Notes: generated from the letters alone by a model not told the origin. Shown: positions 38,034 through 47,099, numbered from the stretch's first letter. The stretch: 64,000 bases of DNA from an uncultured Planctomycetaceae bacterium (GCA_963813715.1 CAWFAK010000015.1:67008-131007), one strand, 5' to 3'. Made by a program: numbers and translations.

Positions 38034-38366
38034 TCAATCAAGCGATTCGAGCCATTGCGAGAAGATCTCCGCCCTAGACTCCGCTGATGGCGACTCAATT
38101 CCCTGAGCCTTCATCGCCTCGACCAGTTGCACGAGTAGTCGCCAATAACAGCGATGATCATCCTTGCGCTCAAACTGTCCAACGTCCCACACGGCACCGG
38201 CACCACCCCACATCGCGCCCGACGCCAATGCCGGCCCAATAGCCGTGCTGTCCCATTCCGCAATCGTCGCGACTGCGGCAACGTAATCGGCTTGCGGATG
38301 GTCGTTTCTGCGTAGGATCGCTTCGAGACGTCGCAGAATGGAAATCAGTGGCAGCCCGTCGCTCAT
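38034..38366 (-). CDS. Cassette: soluble hypothetical protein
   Basis: MSDG start after TAGAAT; WGGAGAVWD motif; stop in the end motif. Confidence 0.8.
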   Translation of the reverse strand: MSDGLPLISILRRLEAILRRNDHPQADYVAAVATIAEWDSTAIGPALASGAMWGGAGAVWDVGQFERKDDHRCYWRLLVQLVEAMKAQGIESPSAESRAEIFSQWLESLD

Positions 38367-38566
38367 GCCGTCATTCTAGCGGCGGATTCGGCGGGAATGA
38401 GACCGCCGCATTCAACGGCTGATCGATCGGCTGCAACGGGATGAGTAGTTTCACCAAGCGGGTGGGGTCGCATCGCGGTTATTTTTCAGTACCCCACTAC
38501 CCCGAAAGTGCGCCCCGCAGGTAGTGGGCGCGCATCCTGGACGAAAGTCGGCGATTGGCATGGGAG

Positions 38567-38917
38567 TTACGCGGCGCTTCGCACAGCGGGAGACAATATC
38601 CCAAGTATCCAGAACACCGCGAGTGCGGCAATCAACCACACGATTGGGTGCTTGATCGCCTCAAACAGAAGGGTGCGGCACTCGGAGAATGTAGCACGCC
38701 CGCGCCAATGACGGGCGAAATAGAAGCACCACAAGGCTGTGGCCGGCACCAGCACCAGAATCATTTGCCAAGGATCCTGGTGGGGCCAGCGGTAACGAAC
38801 CGGCTGCGGGGCGTCTATCCGTTCAATGAGAAATGCCGCCGTTGCGATGCAACAGAGTGCCAGACCCGCAGCTCCGATCAGCCCGCGAAGCCAGTTGTTG
38901 CCCCGTTCGTCGCTCAT
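38567..38917 (-). CDS. Cassette: three-TM protein
   Basis: MSDER start after TAGAAT; TAA in the end motif. Confidence 0.8.
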   Translation of the reverse strand: MSDERGNNWLRGLIGAAGLALCCIATAAFLIERIDAPQPVRYRWPHQDPWQMILVLVPATALWCFYFARHWRGRATFSECRTLLFEAIKHPIVWLIAALAVFWILGILSPAVRSAA

Positions 38918-38941
38918 GCCGTCATTCTAGCGGCGGACCGC

Positions 38942-39520
38942 TCAAATGAACTCGCGATACTTGCGCAGTTCGGCGGCCGTTTGAGGTAGTCCGTGTTTTT
39001 CGAGCGTGTCCGCGTATTCGTCTGCTGTTTTCGCGGGGCGCGTCAGGTTCGCTCGGCAATTCTTCGCGGCCGAAAGTGCGGCGGGGCGACACAGCTCAAG
39101 CTGACATACCGTGAAATCGTCTGTGTCGATCACTTCTACGCCATAGGTGGCGACGTATTCCGTCGGAAAATCCCTAGTGTTAAACGTGACGATGGCATCG
39201 GCATTCGACACAATCGCCGCCGCCAACACGTGTCTATCGTCCTGGTCTGGGAGATCAAGCGAGCCAACGAGTCGCTCGTGGCCCGTGACGATACAATCCG
39301 GGAAGCTTTCGTTCATCCGAGCCTTGAGGCGTTCGATCTTGCTCGGCTCAATATCTGGACGATTTTCGCGTAAGGCGCGAGTCCACTCGTCGTGTATTTG
39401 ATCGGTCCATCGAGGGCGAAAAAGATCTTCCGTCGCCATCCACAGAACAAGATCACGGACAGGAGCAGAGTAGAGAACGCAGGCGTCTAAAACGACTGTG
39501 AAACGGTTGGCGAAATTCAC
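38942..39520 (-). CDS. PIN-domain protein (putative toxin)
   Basis: VVLDACVLY, LPDQDDRHVLAAA, IVTFN.RDF. Confidence 0.9.
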   Translation of the reverse strand: MNFANRFTVVLDACVLYSAPVRDLVLWMATEDLFRPRWTDQIHDEWTRALRENRPDIEPSKIERLKARMNESFPDCIVTGHERLVGSLDLPDQDDRHVLAAAIVSNADAIVTFNTRDFPTEYVATYGVEVIDTDDFTVCQLELCRPAALSAAKNCRANLTRPAKTADEYADTLEKHGLPQTAAELRKYREFI

Positions 39521-39523
39521 TCA

Positions 39524-40000
39524 TTAGTACTCCAAACCCATTTCCTCCGATTCGGCCGTGATCCGTTTTAGCGTTTCTCGGCGCTCCGAATCGGCGCGGT
39601 GCTTGTGGGCCATCAAGTCCTTGAACAGGATTCTTCGATGGGACCCGACTTTACGATGTGGGATTTTTCCGCTCTCGATTAGGCCGATTAAGAATGGCCT
39701 GCTGACATTGAGGATGTCGGCCGCCTGCTGCGTTGTCAGCTCGGCGTGAATTGGAATAAATGTTACTGCGTTACCGCGAGCCATTTCCGACAGGATGTCA
39801 TTCAGGAGCAAGAAGGCGGACATCGGAATTTCTACGAATTCTTCATGTCCGCCGTCCGGCTCGAATCGAACCCCTACGTTGCGCGGCTGCACACGTGGGC
39901 TCCGAAAACGAGCCAACTTTTTTACCGATTCCTTCGCGAGCCTCTTGTCGTCATCAGACGGAAGGACGGCCTCGCGCGACTTGAGCACTCCGGCGCTCAT
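39524..40000 (-). CDS. Excisionase-type HTH protein (putative antitoxin)
   Basis: ELTTQQAADILNVSRPFLI.L...G.IP..KVG.HRRI; directly upstream of the PIN gene. Confidence 0.9.
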   Translation of the reverse strand: MSAGVLKSREAVLPSDDDKRLAKESVKKLARFRSPRVQPRNVGVRFEPDGGHEEFVEIPMSAFLLLNDILSEMARGNAVTFIPIHAELTTQQAADILNVSRPFLIGLIESGKIPHRKVGSHRRILFKDLMAHKHRADSERRETLKRITAESEEMGLEY

Positions 40001-40228
40001 TGCTAGGCCTCCGTAAGCACAAAAATGTTTTTCACCCTTGAAGCCAATCATCGACGTCGTACAATAATACTCCTTAATCGAAGCAAACGAAGCAAGCGAA
40101 ATAATCGCAATTTCGATAAACTCGCACAAATTGTTTATCCACAATGGTTTGTGCGCTAACCATTCCGGTCGATCCATGACCAGAAGTCCGACACGTCAGT
40201 GGTGGTGCCGCTCCCCCAATTCATGCCG

Positions 40229-40320
40229 GGAGAACGGCCCGCGTTTGGCGGCGCAGCAGCCTTATAACCTGCCGGAGGGGTCCGCGTACGCGCGGACGGG
40301 ATCGTAACCCCCTATCTCCG
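40229..40320. ncRNA. Conserved structured motif, copy 1 (also 43183-43281 and 47016-47108)
   Basis: Three copies with conserved blocks and a variable but base-paired internal hairpin. Confidence 0.5.
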
Positions 40321-40530
40321 CTTTTGGTGAGCAGCTTCGGCTAGCAGCCCACGGATAGCCTCCGTAACGGCAGCCGAGCGATTCCAGCCCCGTTTCCCCG
40401 CGAGCACGTCCAGACGGTCCACAAGCCCCGAGGGCACGCTAGCGGAGATGTTTACGGTCGGCCCCTCTTCGGGGTGAGCTGTCTTTCGCCCGGCTCCCTC
40501 ACGCTTGCCGCCATGCTGGCTTTTGGCCAT
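40312..40530 (-). CDS. Ribbon-helix-helix (CopG-like) regulator
   Basis: GGKREGAGRK...ISASVP...NRSAAVTEAI. Confidence 0.8.
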   Translation of the reverse strand: MAKSQHGGKREGAGRKTAHPEEGPTVNISASVPSGLVDRLDVLAGKRGWNRSAAVTEAIRGLLAEAAHQKRR

Positions 40531-40739
40531 TTCCCTGCCTCTTGAAAAACTCATACGAATCAAGTTGACATTCCCATTTGATTTTGTATGATAAATCAAG
40601 TCAGTGGTCAAGGCAAAGAAAAACCCCGGAAGGACGCCAATCCAACCGGGGCGAGAACAGACATCCGGGCGAACCCAGAATGCCAGTCCAGACAACTGCA
40701 TTCTACCACGGTTCGCCGCAGTCGAAAGAGGCGGTTCCC

Positions 40740-41669
40740 GTGGCCAACTTCATCAGTCGAGACAAACAGATTCAGGTTCTGCGGCTCTTGTCGGAAGGAA
40801 ACTCGATTCGTTCGGTCGTGCGGCTGACTGGAATCCACAAGAGCACGATCACGCGGCTCGTCGTGCGGTTCGGGAACGACTGCCGCCAGTACCTCGACTT
40901 CGCGATGGCCAATCTGAACCTCGACCACGTTCAGATTGACGAGATTTGGACGTTCTGCGGGATGAAAGAGGGACACGCCAAAAAGCGGCACCTCGATACG
41001 TCAGTCATCGGCGACCAGTACCTCTTCACGGCCCTCGACACCGAAACCAAGCTGTTGGTCACGTTCGCGATCGGCAAGCGCACTGCCGCCACGACAGAGG
41101 CGTTTATCGAGGATCTGTCGAAGCGGCTCTATCGCGGCCCCGAGGCGATCGGCGATGACCGCCCGCAGTTGAGCACCGATGGCTTCACGCCCTACGGGCC
41201 GGCGATCCGCAACCACTTCCACGGCACGGTCAAGCACGGCGTATTGATAAAGCAGTACCGCAACCCGGAAGTGGGCCGCTACGCTCCGCCGGACCTGACC
41301 GGAACCGAACGGTTAAACATCAACGGGATACGCGACCTGTCCACGATATGCACCAGCCACGTCGAGCGGAACAACTTGACGATCCGCACATTTATGCGAC
41401 GATTCACTCGGCTCGCGTTGGGCTTCTCAAAGAAGGTCGAGAACTTGGCCGCGGCCACGGCGATCCACGTTGCGGTCTACAATTTCTGCCGCATCCACTC
41501 TACGATTCGTTGCACCCCCGCAATGGCCGCCGGTGTCATCGATCGGCTGTGGGGCATGGGCGACCTGTTCGACGCGGTGACGGACCACGCGGCTCAGCTC
41601 AAAGCGAAGGCCCGTCGTGACCGCCGAATTCAGCGGCTGATCGACAGGCTGCGGAAAGAGGGACGCTAG
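40740..41669 (+). CDS. IS1-family DDE transposase
   Basis: N-terminal HTH (EGNSIRS), IDEIW, STDG, TSHVERNNLTIR, FSKK. Confidence 0.9.
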   Translation: MANFISRDKQIQVLRLLSEGNSIRSVVRLTGIHKSTITRLVVRFGNDCRQYLDFAMANLNLDHVQIDEIWTFCGMKEGHAKKRHLDTSVIGDQYLFTALDTETKLLVTFAIGKRTAATTEAFIEDLSKRLYRGPEAIGDDRPQLSTDGFTPYGPAIRNHFHGTVKHGVLIKQYRNPEVGRYAPPDLTGTERLNINGIRDLSTICTSHVERNNLTIRTFMRRFTRLALGFSKKVENLAAATAIHVAVYNFCRIHSTIRCTPAMAAGVIDRLWGMGDLFDAVTDHAAQLKAKARRDRRIQRLIDRLRKEGR

Positions 41670-41767
41670 GGCGGGCGCGTTTCGTGGTTATTTCAAACTG
41701 TCCCACTACCCGCCCCGCAGGTAGTGGGGTCGTTTGAAAAGCGAAAGTTGGCGGTTGGCACGGGAGT

Positions 41768-42007
41768 TCAAGTGAAACGTGACATCTGTGCCACGTACCA
41801 ATCAAAGAATGACCGCAGTGTGGTGGACTTGCTACACGCCCATTGAAGAGGGTCGTAGACCGTGTTTATGGTCTCGGTGCTGATACAGCCGCCGCTCCAA
41901 AGCAAATACGCCGGCCCGAGGCTCAAGAAATACAGGGCTGGAAGCGGCACGAGCGCCCAGCCGATCCAGCCCCACCACCGCCGTCGTTTCTTCGGTTCGT
42001 CGCTCAT
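41768..42007 (-). CDS. Cassette: YxLSxGP family membrane protein
   Basis: MSDEPK start after TAGAAT; LYFLSLGP...VYDPLQW; stop in the end motif. Confidence 0.85.
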   Translation of the reverse strand: MSDEPKKRRRWWGWIGWALVPLPALYFLSLGPAYLLWSGGCISTETINTVYDPLQWACSKSTTLRSFFDWYVAQMSRFT

Positions 42008-42277
42008 GCCGTCATTCTAGCGGCGCAGTTGAAGCCGACATTTAATGTTGCCACGATAAATGTGATTCGGGGCGTCTCTTTGGCTTGTGCGTAAGCTGTG
42101 TGGCCGTAGCATATTGAGGAAAGTGGGCAAATTTTCGTTCCAATCAGCCCGTCCCGTTCGTTTTATCTAATGGCGGTCGGGAGTGAGTGAAACAGCCGCC
42201 AAGGAGAACTGGGAGTGCTGGAAACGAACCAGGGATGTTTCGTTCCACGGGGTAAAAAACAGGGCACGGGTGCATCA

Positions 42278-42466
42278 ATGAACACGCGCGAACTGCTGGC
42301 CGCCTATGCAGATTTGCTCAACGCCCACGGAGTCGATTCCGAAGAGGCAAAGGAGTTCTTGGAAGCTAACCGCTTCCAGGAAGAATTCTACGACCTCGCC
42401 GTACTGTCGAAGAAGCTCAAAGCTGCGCTGACCTCGCCGGTGTGCGAGCAAGCCTGCAACAACTGA
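42278..42466 (+). CDS. Small hypothetical protein
   Basis: 62-aa helical ORF upstream of the sigma factor. Confidence 0.5.
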   Translation: MNTRELLAAYADLLNAHGVDSEEAKEFLEANRFQEEFYDLAVLSKKLKAALTSPVCEQACNN

Positions 42467-42570
42467 TTTTTGCGGTGGATTTCTAGCAGGGATGTTCGGC
42501 GCGCGACGGATTTAATGCGCGCCGTGTTGGCCAAGGAGGGCATCGTGGCAATGGACAAAGGGACGTGCGA

Positions 42571-43173
42571 ATGTCCGACACTGCCCCCCTTAAGCGATGG
42601 TCCGATGATCGAATCCTCCAAGAAGCCAGCCAGGGCAACGAAAGGGCGTTTGAGGTTTTCTGCGATCGCTCGTTGCCGTCGCTTTATCGCTACGTTCGGA
42701 ACCAATGCCGCAAGCGCGGCATTCCGGAAGACTTAGCGCAGGACTTCTGTCACGAAGCCGTGATCCGTGCGATCACGTGCATTCGCGGATGTGCAGCCGG
42801 CGAGATTCGCCCCTTTCCAAGCGTGTCCCAGGCTTGGTTAAAAAGGATCGCCGTCAATGTGCTAAAAGACTGGGGGCGCCGGGAGCGCCGGGTCGTTTTC
42901 GTCAAAGAACTTGAGATTGAATCGCGAACCGACGTTGCGCCTGAAGACGCTCTCGAAAGGGAGGAAATACTCAAGTTTTTTACTTGGCTTCCGGAACGCG
43001 AGCGAGACATGCTCGAACTCGTGTTCGTCAACGAGAAAACAATTGCCGAAGCTGGTGCCCAGCTAAACATCAGCCACGCCAACTCCTATAAGGTGTTTCA
43101 GCGAGCCTTGGAATTACTTCGGGATCTCCTCGCTGAACACGGCCATATGCCGCAACGGTCTGAGACGGATTGA
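42571..43173 (+). CDS. ECF-type sigma-70 factor (passenger gene)
   Basis: AQDFCHEA, AWLKRIAVN...D..RR, LPERERDML...TIAEAG. Confidence 0.8.
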   Translation: MSDTAPLKRWSDDRILQEASQGNERAFEVFCDRSLPSLYRYVRNQCRKRGIPEDLAQDFCHEAVIRAITCIRGCAAGEIRPFPSVSQAWLKRIAVNVLKDWGRRERRVVFVKELEIESRTDVAPEDALEREEILKFFTWLPERERDMLELVFVNEKTIAEAGAQLNISHANSYKVFQRALELLRDLLAEHGHMPQRSETD

Positions 43174-43289
43174 GTCCGTCCCGGAGAGCGGTCCGCGTTT
43201 TGGGGGGCGCAGCAGACTTATACCCTGCCGGAGGAGTCGGACCACGGAAGGTTCCGATGGGATCGTAACCCCCGCTCTCCGCCTTTTCT

Positions 43290-43469
43290 TTAGCGCGCCT
43301 TTCGCGCCGCTGCCTTCAGCAGCACGTCCCTAGCCCAGGTTGACGTATTCCCTTGCGCGGCTGAATCCAAGGCTTCGCGTTCGCCTTCTGTGAGGCGGAT
43401 GCGCAGCTCGGAATCCCGCCTCTCTTCGTCCGTCTTCGGCGGACGGCCCCGCTCTCGCTTGTCTTCCAT
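43290..43469 (-). CDS. Ribbon-helix-helix regulator (59 aa)
   Basis: RGRPPK...LRIRLTEGEREALDSAA...STWARDVLL; same position as the other RHH genes. Confidence 0.75.
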   Translation of the reverse strand: MEDKRERGRPPKTDEERRDSELRIRLTEGEREALDSAAQGNTSTWARDVLLKAAARKAR

Positions 43470-43662
43470 GAATTTATCGTAGCAACAATATTTTTCGGTT
43501 TCAAGGCTTGAACCACTGTTTATTGTTGCTACAATAAATGTCGTGATGAAAACCCCGTCGTGCTGATAACACGGCGGGGCGAACTACAACCAGGCGTTTC
43601 CGCTGATTGCAGTCTAGGCAACTTCATTTTAGCGGATTCGTCGCAGACGAGTGAGCGAATCC

Positions 43663-44592
43663 GTGGCCAATTTTCTCAGCCGCGACAGACAGATCCAGGT
43701 TCTGCGCTTGCTATCAGAGGGCAATTCGATCCGCTCGACAATGCGCCTCACAGGCATCGAGAAGAAAACCATCACGCGGATCGTGGTCAGGTTCGGCAAC
43801 CAGTGTCGGCAGTACCTCGATTTCGCGCTGTCGAACCTCAACCTCGACCACGTTCAAATCGACGAAATTTGGACGTTCTGCGGAATGAAAGAAGGGCGCG
43901 CCAAGCGGCGGAAGCTGGACACGTCGGTCATTGGCGACCAGTACCTCTTCACCGCTCTCGACACCGAAACCAAGTTGCTGGTCACGTTCGCTGTAGGCAA
44001 GCGTACGGCGGCCACGACTGAGGCGTTTATCGAGGATCTGTCCAAGCGGCTCTACCGCAGCCCCGAGGCAATCGGCGACTATCGGCCGCAGTTGAGCACC
44101 GACGGGTTTACTCCCTACGGGCCGGCGATCCGCAATCACTTCCACGGGACGGTCAAGCACGGCGTTTTGATAAAGCAGTACGTTAATCCGGATGTCGGCC
44201 GCTACGCGCCTCCGGCGCTGGTCGGGACCGAGCGATTGAACGTCAACGGCATACGCGACCTGAGCACGATATGCACATCGCACGTTGAGCGGAACAATCT
44301 GACGATCCGCACGTTTATGAAGCGGTTTACTCGGCTGGCCCTGGGCTTCTCAAAGAAGCAGGGCAACCTTGCCGCCGCGACCGCGATCCACGTTGCGGTT
44401 TACAACTTCTGCCGCATTCACAGCACGATCCGATGCACACCCGCGATGGCTGCGGGAGTGATTGATCGCTTGTGGGGCATGGGCGATCTCTATGACGCTG
44501 TGACGCGGCACGCGGCAGAGGTCACCGCCAAGCTGAGCCGGGATGCCAAGATCGCGAAGCTGATCGAGAAATTGAAGAGGAGCGAACCCTAA
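43663..44592 (+). CDS. IS1-family DDE transposase
   Basis: Close paralog of 40740-41669 with the same catalytic motifs. Confidence 0.9.
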   Translation: MANFLSRDRQIQVLRLLSEGNSIRSTMRLTGIEKKTITRIVVRFGNQCRQYLDFALSNLNLDHVQIDEIWTFCGMKEGRAKRRKLDTSVIGDQYLFTALDTETKLLVTFAVGKRTAATTEAFIEDLSKRLYRSPEAIGDYRPQLSTDGFTPYGPAIRNHFHGTVKHGVLIKQYVNPDVGRYAPPALVGTERLNVNGIRDLSTICTSHVERNNLTIRTFMKRFTRLALGFSKKQGNLAAATAIHVAVYNFCRIHSTIRCTPAMAAGVIDRLWGMGDLYDAVTRHAAEVTAKLSRDAKIAKLIEKLKRSEP

Positions 44593-45119
44593 TTGCAGGC
44601 TCGGGCGACATCATTCATAAACGCAGCCGCTTGGATTTGGATATTTTCCCTTGGCGTCTCATTGCTCGGCGGCCACGCGGAAATGTCGACCTGTGGCCTC
44701 ATGCCAGCAAGTCGAAAAAGCTCGTTGAAGAGATCGCCCGACAGCCGGACGGTCAGCTCCGGACTGGTTGTCCGAAAGCGGCCATCTGGATTATCCATCG
44801 CCCTGAGCGCCCCAGTACGATCGTTCTCGTGCATTCGCCCTTGGAACAGTTCGTATCGGAGTTTGAGTTCGGCACAGATGCGAAGGCGCTGGTTGATATC
44901 ACGCGCACGTTGCTCGTCAGCTTGTCGCCGGTTGTCTTCAGCGCGCTGTTCTTGTTTTTCTTGCTTGGCCTTGTGTTCCTTCCAAATGTCCCACGGAATC
45001 GGGGACAAGAACCCAGCGATCAAGAGTCCCAGGAATGCGACGATAGCAATCTTGTCAGGCATGGATCGCGCCTGAAACCAAGCCCAAAGTCTTGCTAACC
45101 GAACGACGAGCCGACCCAC
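44589..45119 (-). CDS. Membrane-anchored hypothetical protein
   Basis: N-terminal TM followed by coiled coil. Confidence 0.55.
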   Translation of the reverse strand: MGRLVVRLARLWAWFQARSMPDKIAIVAFLGLLIAGFLSPIPWDIWKEHKAKQEKQEQRAEDNRRQADEQRARDINQRLRICAELKLRYELFQGRMHENDRTGALRAMDNPDGRFRTTSPELTVRLSGDLFNELFRLAGMRPQVDISAWPPSNETPRENIQIQAAAFMNDVARACN

Positions 45120-45131
45120 GTTTAATCTCGC

Positions 45132-45867
45132 CTACTGGAACGGGAAGCATGGGATTTGCTTCCACTCCGTTTCGCCTTTGTGCCAGACGAACATTTTGCC
45201 GTTGTCCTCGTCGTAGGCAATAACCGAGTCGGCATTTCCGCTGAATTTCAGTCTGTCCTTCCCCGGGGGGCAATTGTTTCGACATGGGGTACATCCACCC
45301 TGCTCGGACGAAGGGCGGGGAGTACGCGAGTCCGGACCTGGGACTCGATGTGGTGGAGAAGGCTCTGGGTTCGCGTTTCCGGTTGTCCCCCCTGGGCAGA
45401 ACTCTTTCCCGTCCTTGATCACGGCGAGGGAATACCCTGCGCGTTCTCTTTGAGCCGGATTGTCTTGGCGTCCGCCAAGCTGATGTTCTGGGTGAGCCCC
45501 CGGCGATCGATTGGAACAAGTTTGTAGTCGTGCCATTCTCCGTCGCAGCAACACTCGCGACACGGAGCCTGGGGAATTGGAGCCACGCAGGAGGAGCAGC
45601 CGGAGCCTGAAAGGCTGGTGCAGGCCATGCCTGAGCCGGTGCAACGGATGGCATGCCTCCGCCGTACCATGGCCCGGCTGCGGGCTGTTGCACGCAACTG
45701 AGTTGCGCCCCTACATATTGAGGTGTGCAAATTGGTCCGCACGTCCCGTAGCACGGTGGCGTGCAGCAGCATCCGCATGGTGGGCAGCATCGCGGGCAGT
45801 CGTAAAAGCCGCAGCATCCCGTCGCCCCCGCAACGAGGGCGGGGACTAATAACGCGATCCATCGCAT
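45132..45867 (-). CDS. Cys-rich putative lipoprotein and/or downstream hypothetical protein (boundaries uncertain)
   Basis: MRWIALLVPALVAGATGCC...CPRCCPPCGCCC; overlapping frame ends at 45132. Confidence 0.4.
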
Positions 45868-46147
45868 TGGGGAAGGCCTGTTTTGTGAGGCGGAGCGCGA
45901 GACAGGCGAGATGGGGCGGACAGTCCCTCTTCGGCAATCTGTAACGCCAGCCTTGAACGGGATCGCCGAACGTTGCTGACTTGTTAAAGTTTGATTGAAG
46001 TCCCATTGGTGTTTTCACCCCCTGGGTGGGGTCGTTTGGTTTTATTTCAAAGTACCCCACTACGGCGGTGTCTCCGTTTGAAAACTGAATTGTGCTGATT
46101 GGCACGGGTTTTCATTCGGGACGCTGCCCCTAGTGGGGGTAGTGGAG

Positions 46148-46417
46148 ATGACTAATGAAGAAATCGGGCGCTGGATCGACGATCCGGCCGCACGTGAAGT
46201 GATCCTGAAATTTGTCCGCAATGTGGCGGGCGAACCGAACCTCGACTGGAGTGGTCTTGTCGAGGCTTTGGAGCATCCCGACGAATACGATTACGGTCGC
46301 GAGCTATCCGCCCCTATTCGCGCTCTTTGGTCGCGCATGGACACGGGCGAGAGGGTGGTCGCCATGATTATTTGTGAGCAGCTTGCGAATTGGCGGCGTC
46401 TGACTGCGCTTTCTTGA
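46148..46417 (+). CDS. Hypothetical protein
   Basis: GGAG RBS directly before ATG; 89 aa. Confidence 0.5.
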   Translation: MTNEEIGRWIDDPAAREVILKFVRNVAGEPNLDWSGLVEALEHPDEYDYGRELSAPIRALWSRMDTGERVVAMIICEQLANWRRLTALS

Positions 46418-46991
46418 TGGCCGCCATCACCCGCGCACCTGAAGCAGCCGACATGATTTTCGTGTAGGCGTTGCACAGCTCTCCTGACAGCAAATAAGCG
46501 GCGCACATGAACAGATTTCTCGCGGGAGTGCGCCTCTTAGTCATTCGCGCCCAAACTCTCACCGCCTTCGGAAACCGTTCTGAATTCTTTTTCTGCTCCG
46601 GAGACAGTAGGTCGAAAATCGAGTGTGCGCGTTCCATGTTCAAGGTTACGGAGCCTGGATGGTGCGCGAAATGGTTTCGCAGCTCATTTAGCTTGACCAT
46701 TGCTTGGAAGGTATGGCTGTCGATCGCGAGCAAAACCCGAGCCACAACCAGCTTCACGTAAAAGGATTGGAGCGGTGGCTGCGGCCCATCTTTTAACAGC
46801 CACGCAATTAGCGAATCTGTCTCACCAGATTCCGCATGGAGCTTAGCCCAGAGCACGTCCCCTAGCAGCCCATCACAATATCCGTGCACCGCCAGCACGC
46901 ATCCGCGATCGGATTCGTCGAGTCCGATCGTCTCCCAGAAGCGCCACCCGCCAATGTCGGGCTCGGTGAGCTTCTTGCGTCTTTTTGACAT
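46368..46991 (-). CDS. MtlR/HEPN-like protein
   Basis: ESDRGCVL...PLQSFYVK...LNELRNHFAH (RxxxxH). Confidence 0.65.
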   Translation of the reverse strand: MSKRRKKLTEPDIGGWRFWETIGLDESDRGCVLAVHGYCDGLLGDVLWAKLHAESGETDSLIAWLLKDGPQPPLQSFYVKLVVARVLLAIDSHTFQAMVKLNELRNHFAHHPGSVTLNMERAHSIFDLLSPEQKKNSERFPKAVRVWARMTKRRTPARNLFMCAAYLLSGELCNAYTKIMSAASGARVMAAIKKAQSDAANSQAAHK

Positions 46992-47099
46992 CGGGACTCT
47001 CTATACGCGCGCTTCGGAGAACGGCCCGCGCCTTGGCGGCGCAGCAGCTTTATACACTGCCGGAGGGGTCCGTGCGCTCACGGATGGGATCGTAACCCC

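Larger units (their letters stand above)
37645..38501. mobile_element. Non-autonomous IS1-like unit with two cassettes and a transposase 3' tip
   Basis: Ends GGTAGTGGGG / CCCCACTACC; 38401-38448 encodes DRRIQRLIDRL, as at the end of transposase 1. Confidence 0.8.
38520..41710. mobile_element. Complete IS1-family element with passenger genes and 9-bp target duplication
   Basis: Inverted ends GGTAGTGGG / CCCACTACC; CGCCCCGCA at 38511-38519 and 41711-41719; intact transposase. Confidence 0.9.
41720..46063. mobile_element. IS1-family element with passenger genes on both sides of the transposase
   Basis: Ends GGTAGTGGGGTCGTTTGAAA / TTTCAAAGTACCCCACTAC. Confidence 0.85.

Noticed and set aside
39524..40000. 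Prophage or ICE excisionase
   Set aside because: It is paired with a PIN gene as in TA modules, and there are no integrase or phage genes nearby.
33457..42025. CRISPR array
   Set aside because: The repeats are separated by 100-400 bp coding sequences of variable length, and no cas genes are present.
33457..42025. Canonical integron
   Set aside because: There is no intI in the window, and the junctions are shorter than attC sites and lack a clear RYYYAAC...GTTRRRY pair. A distant integrase elsewhere in the genome cannot be excluded.
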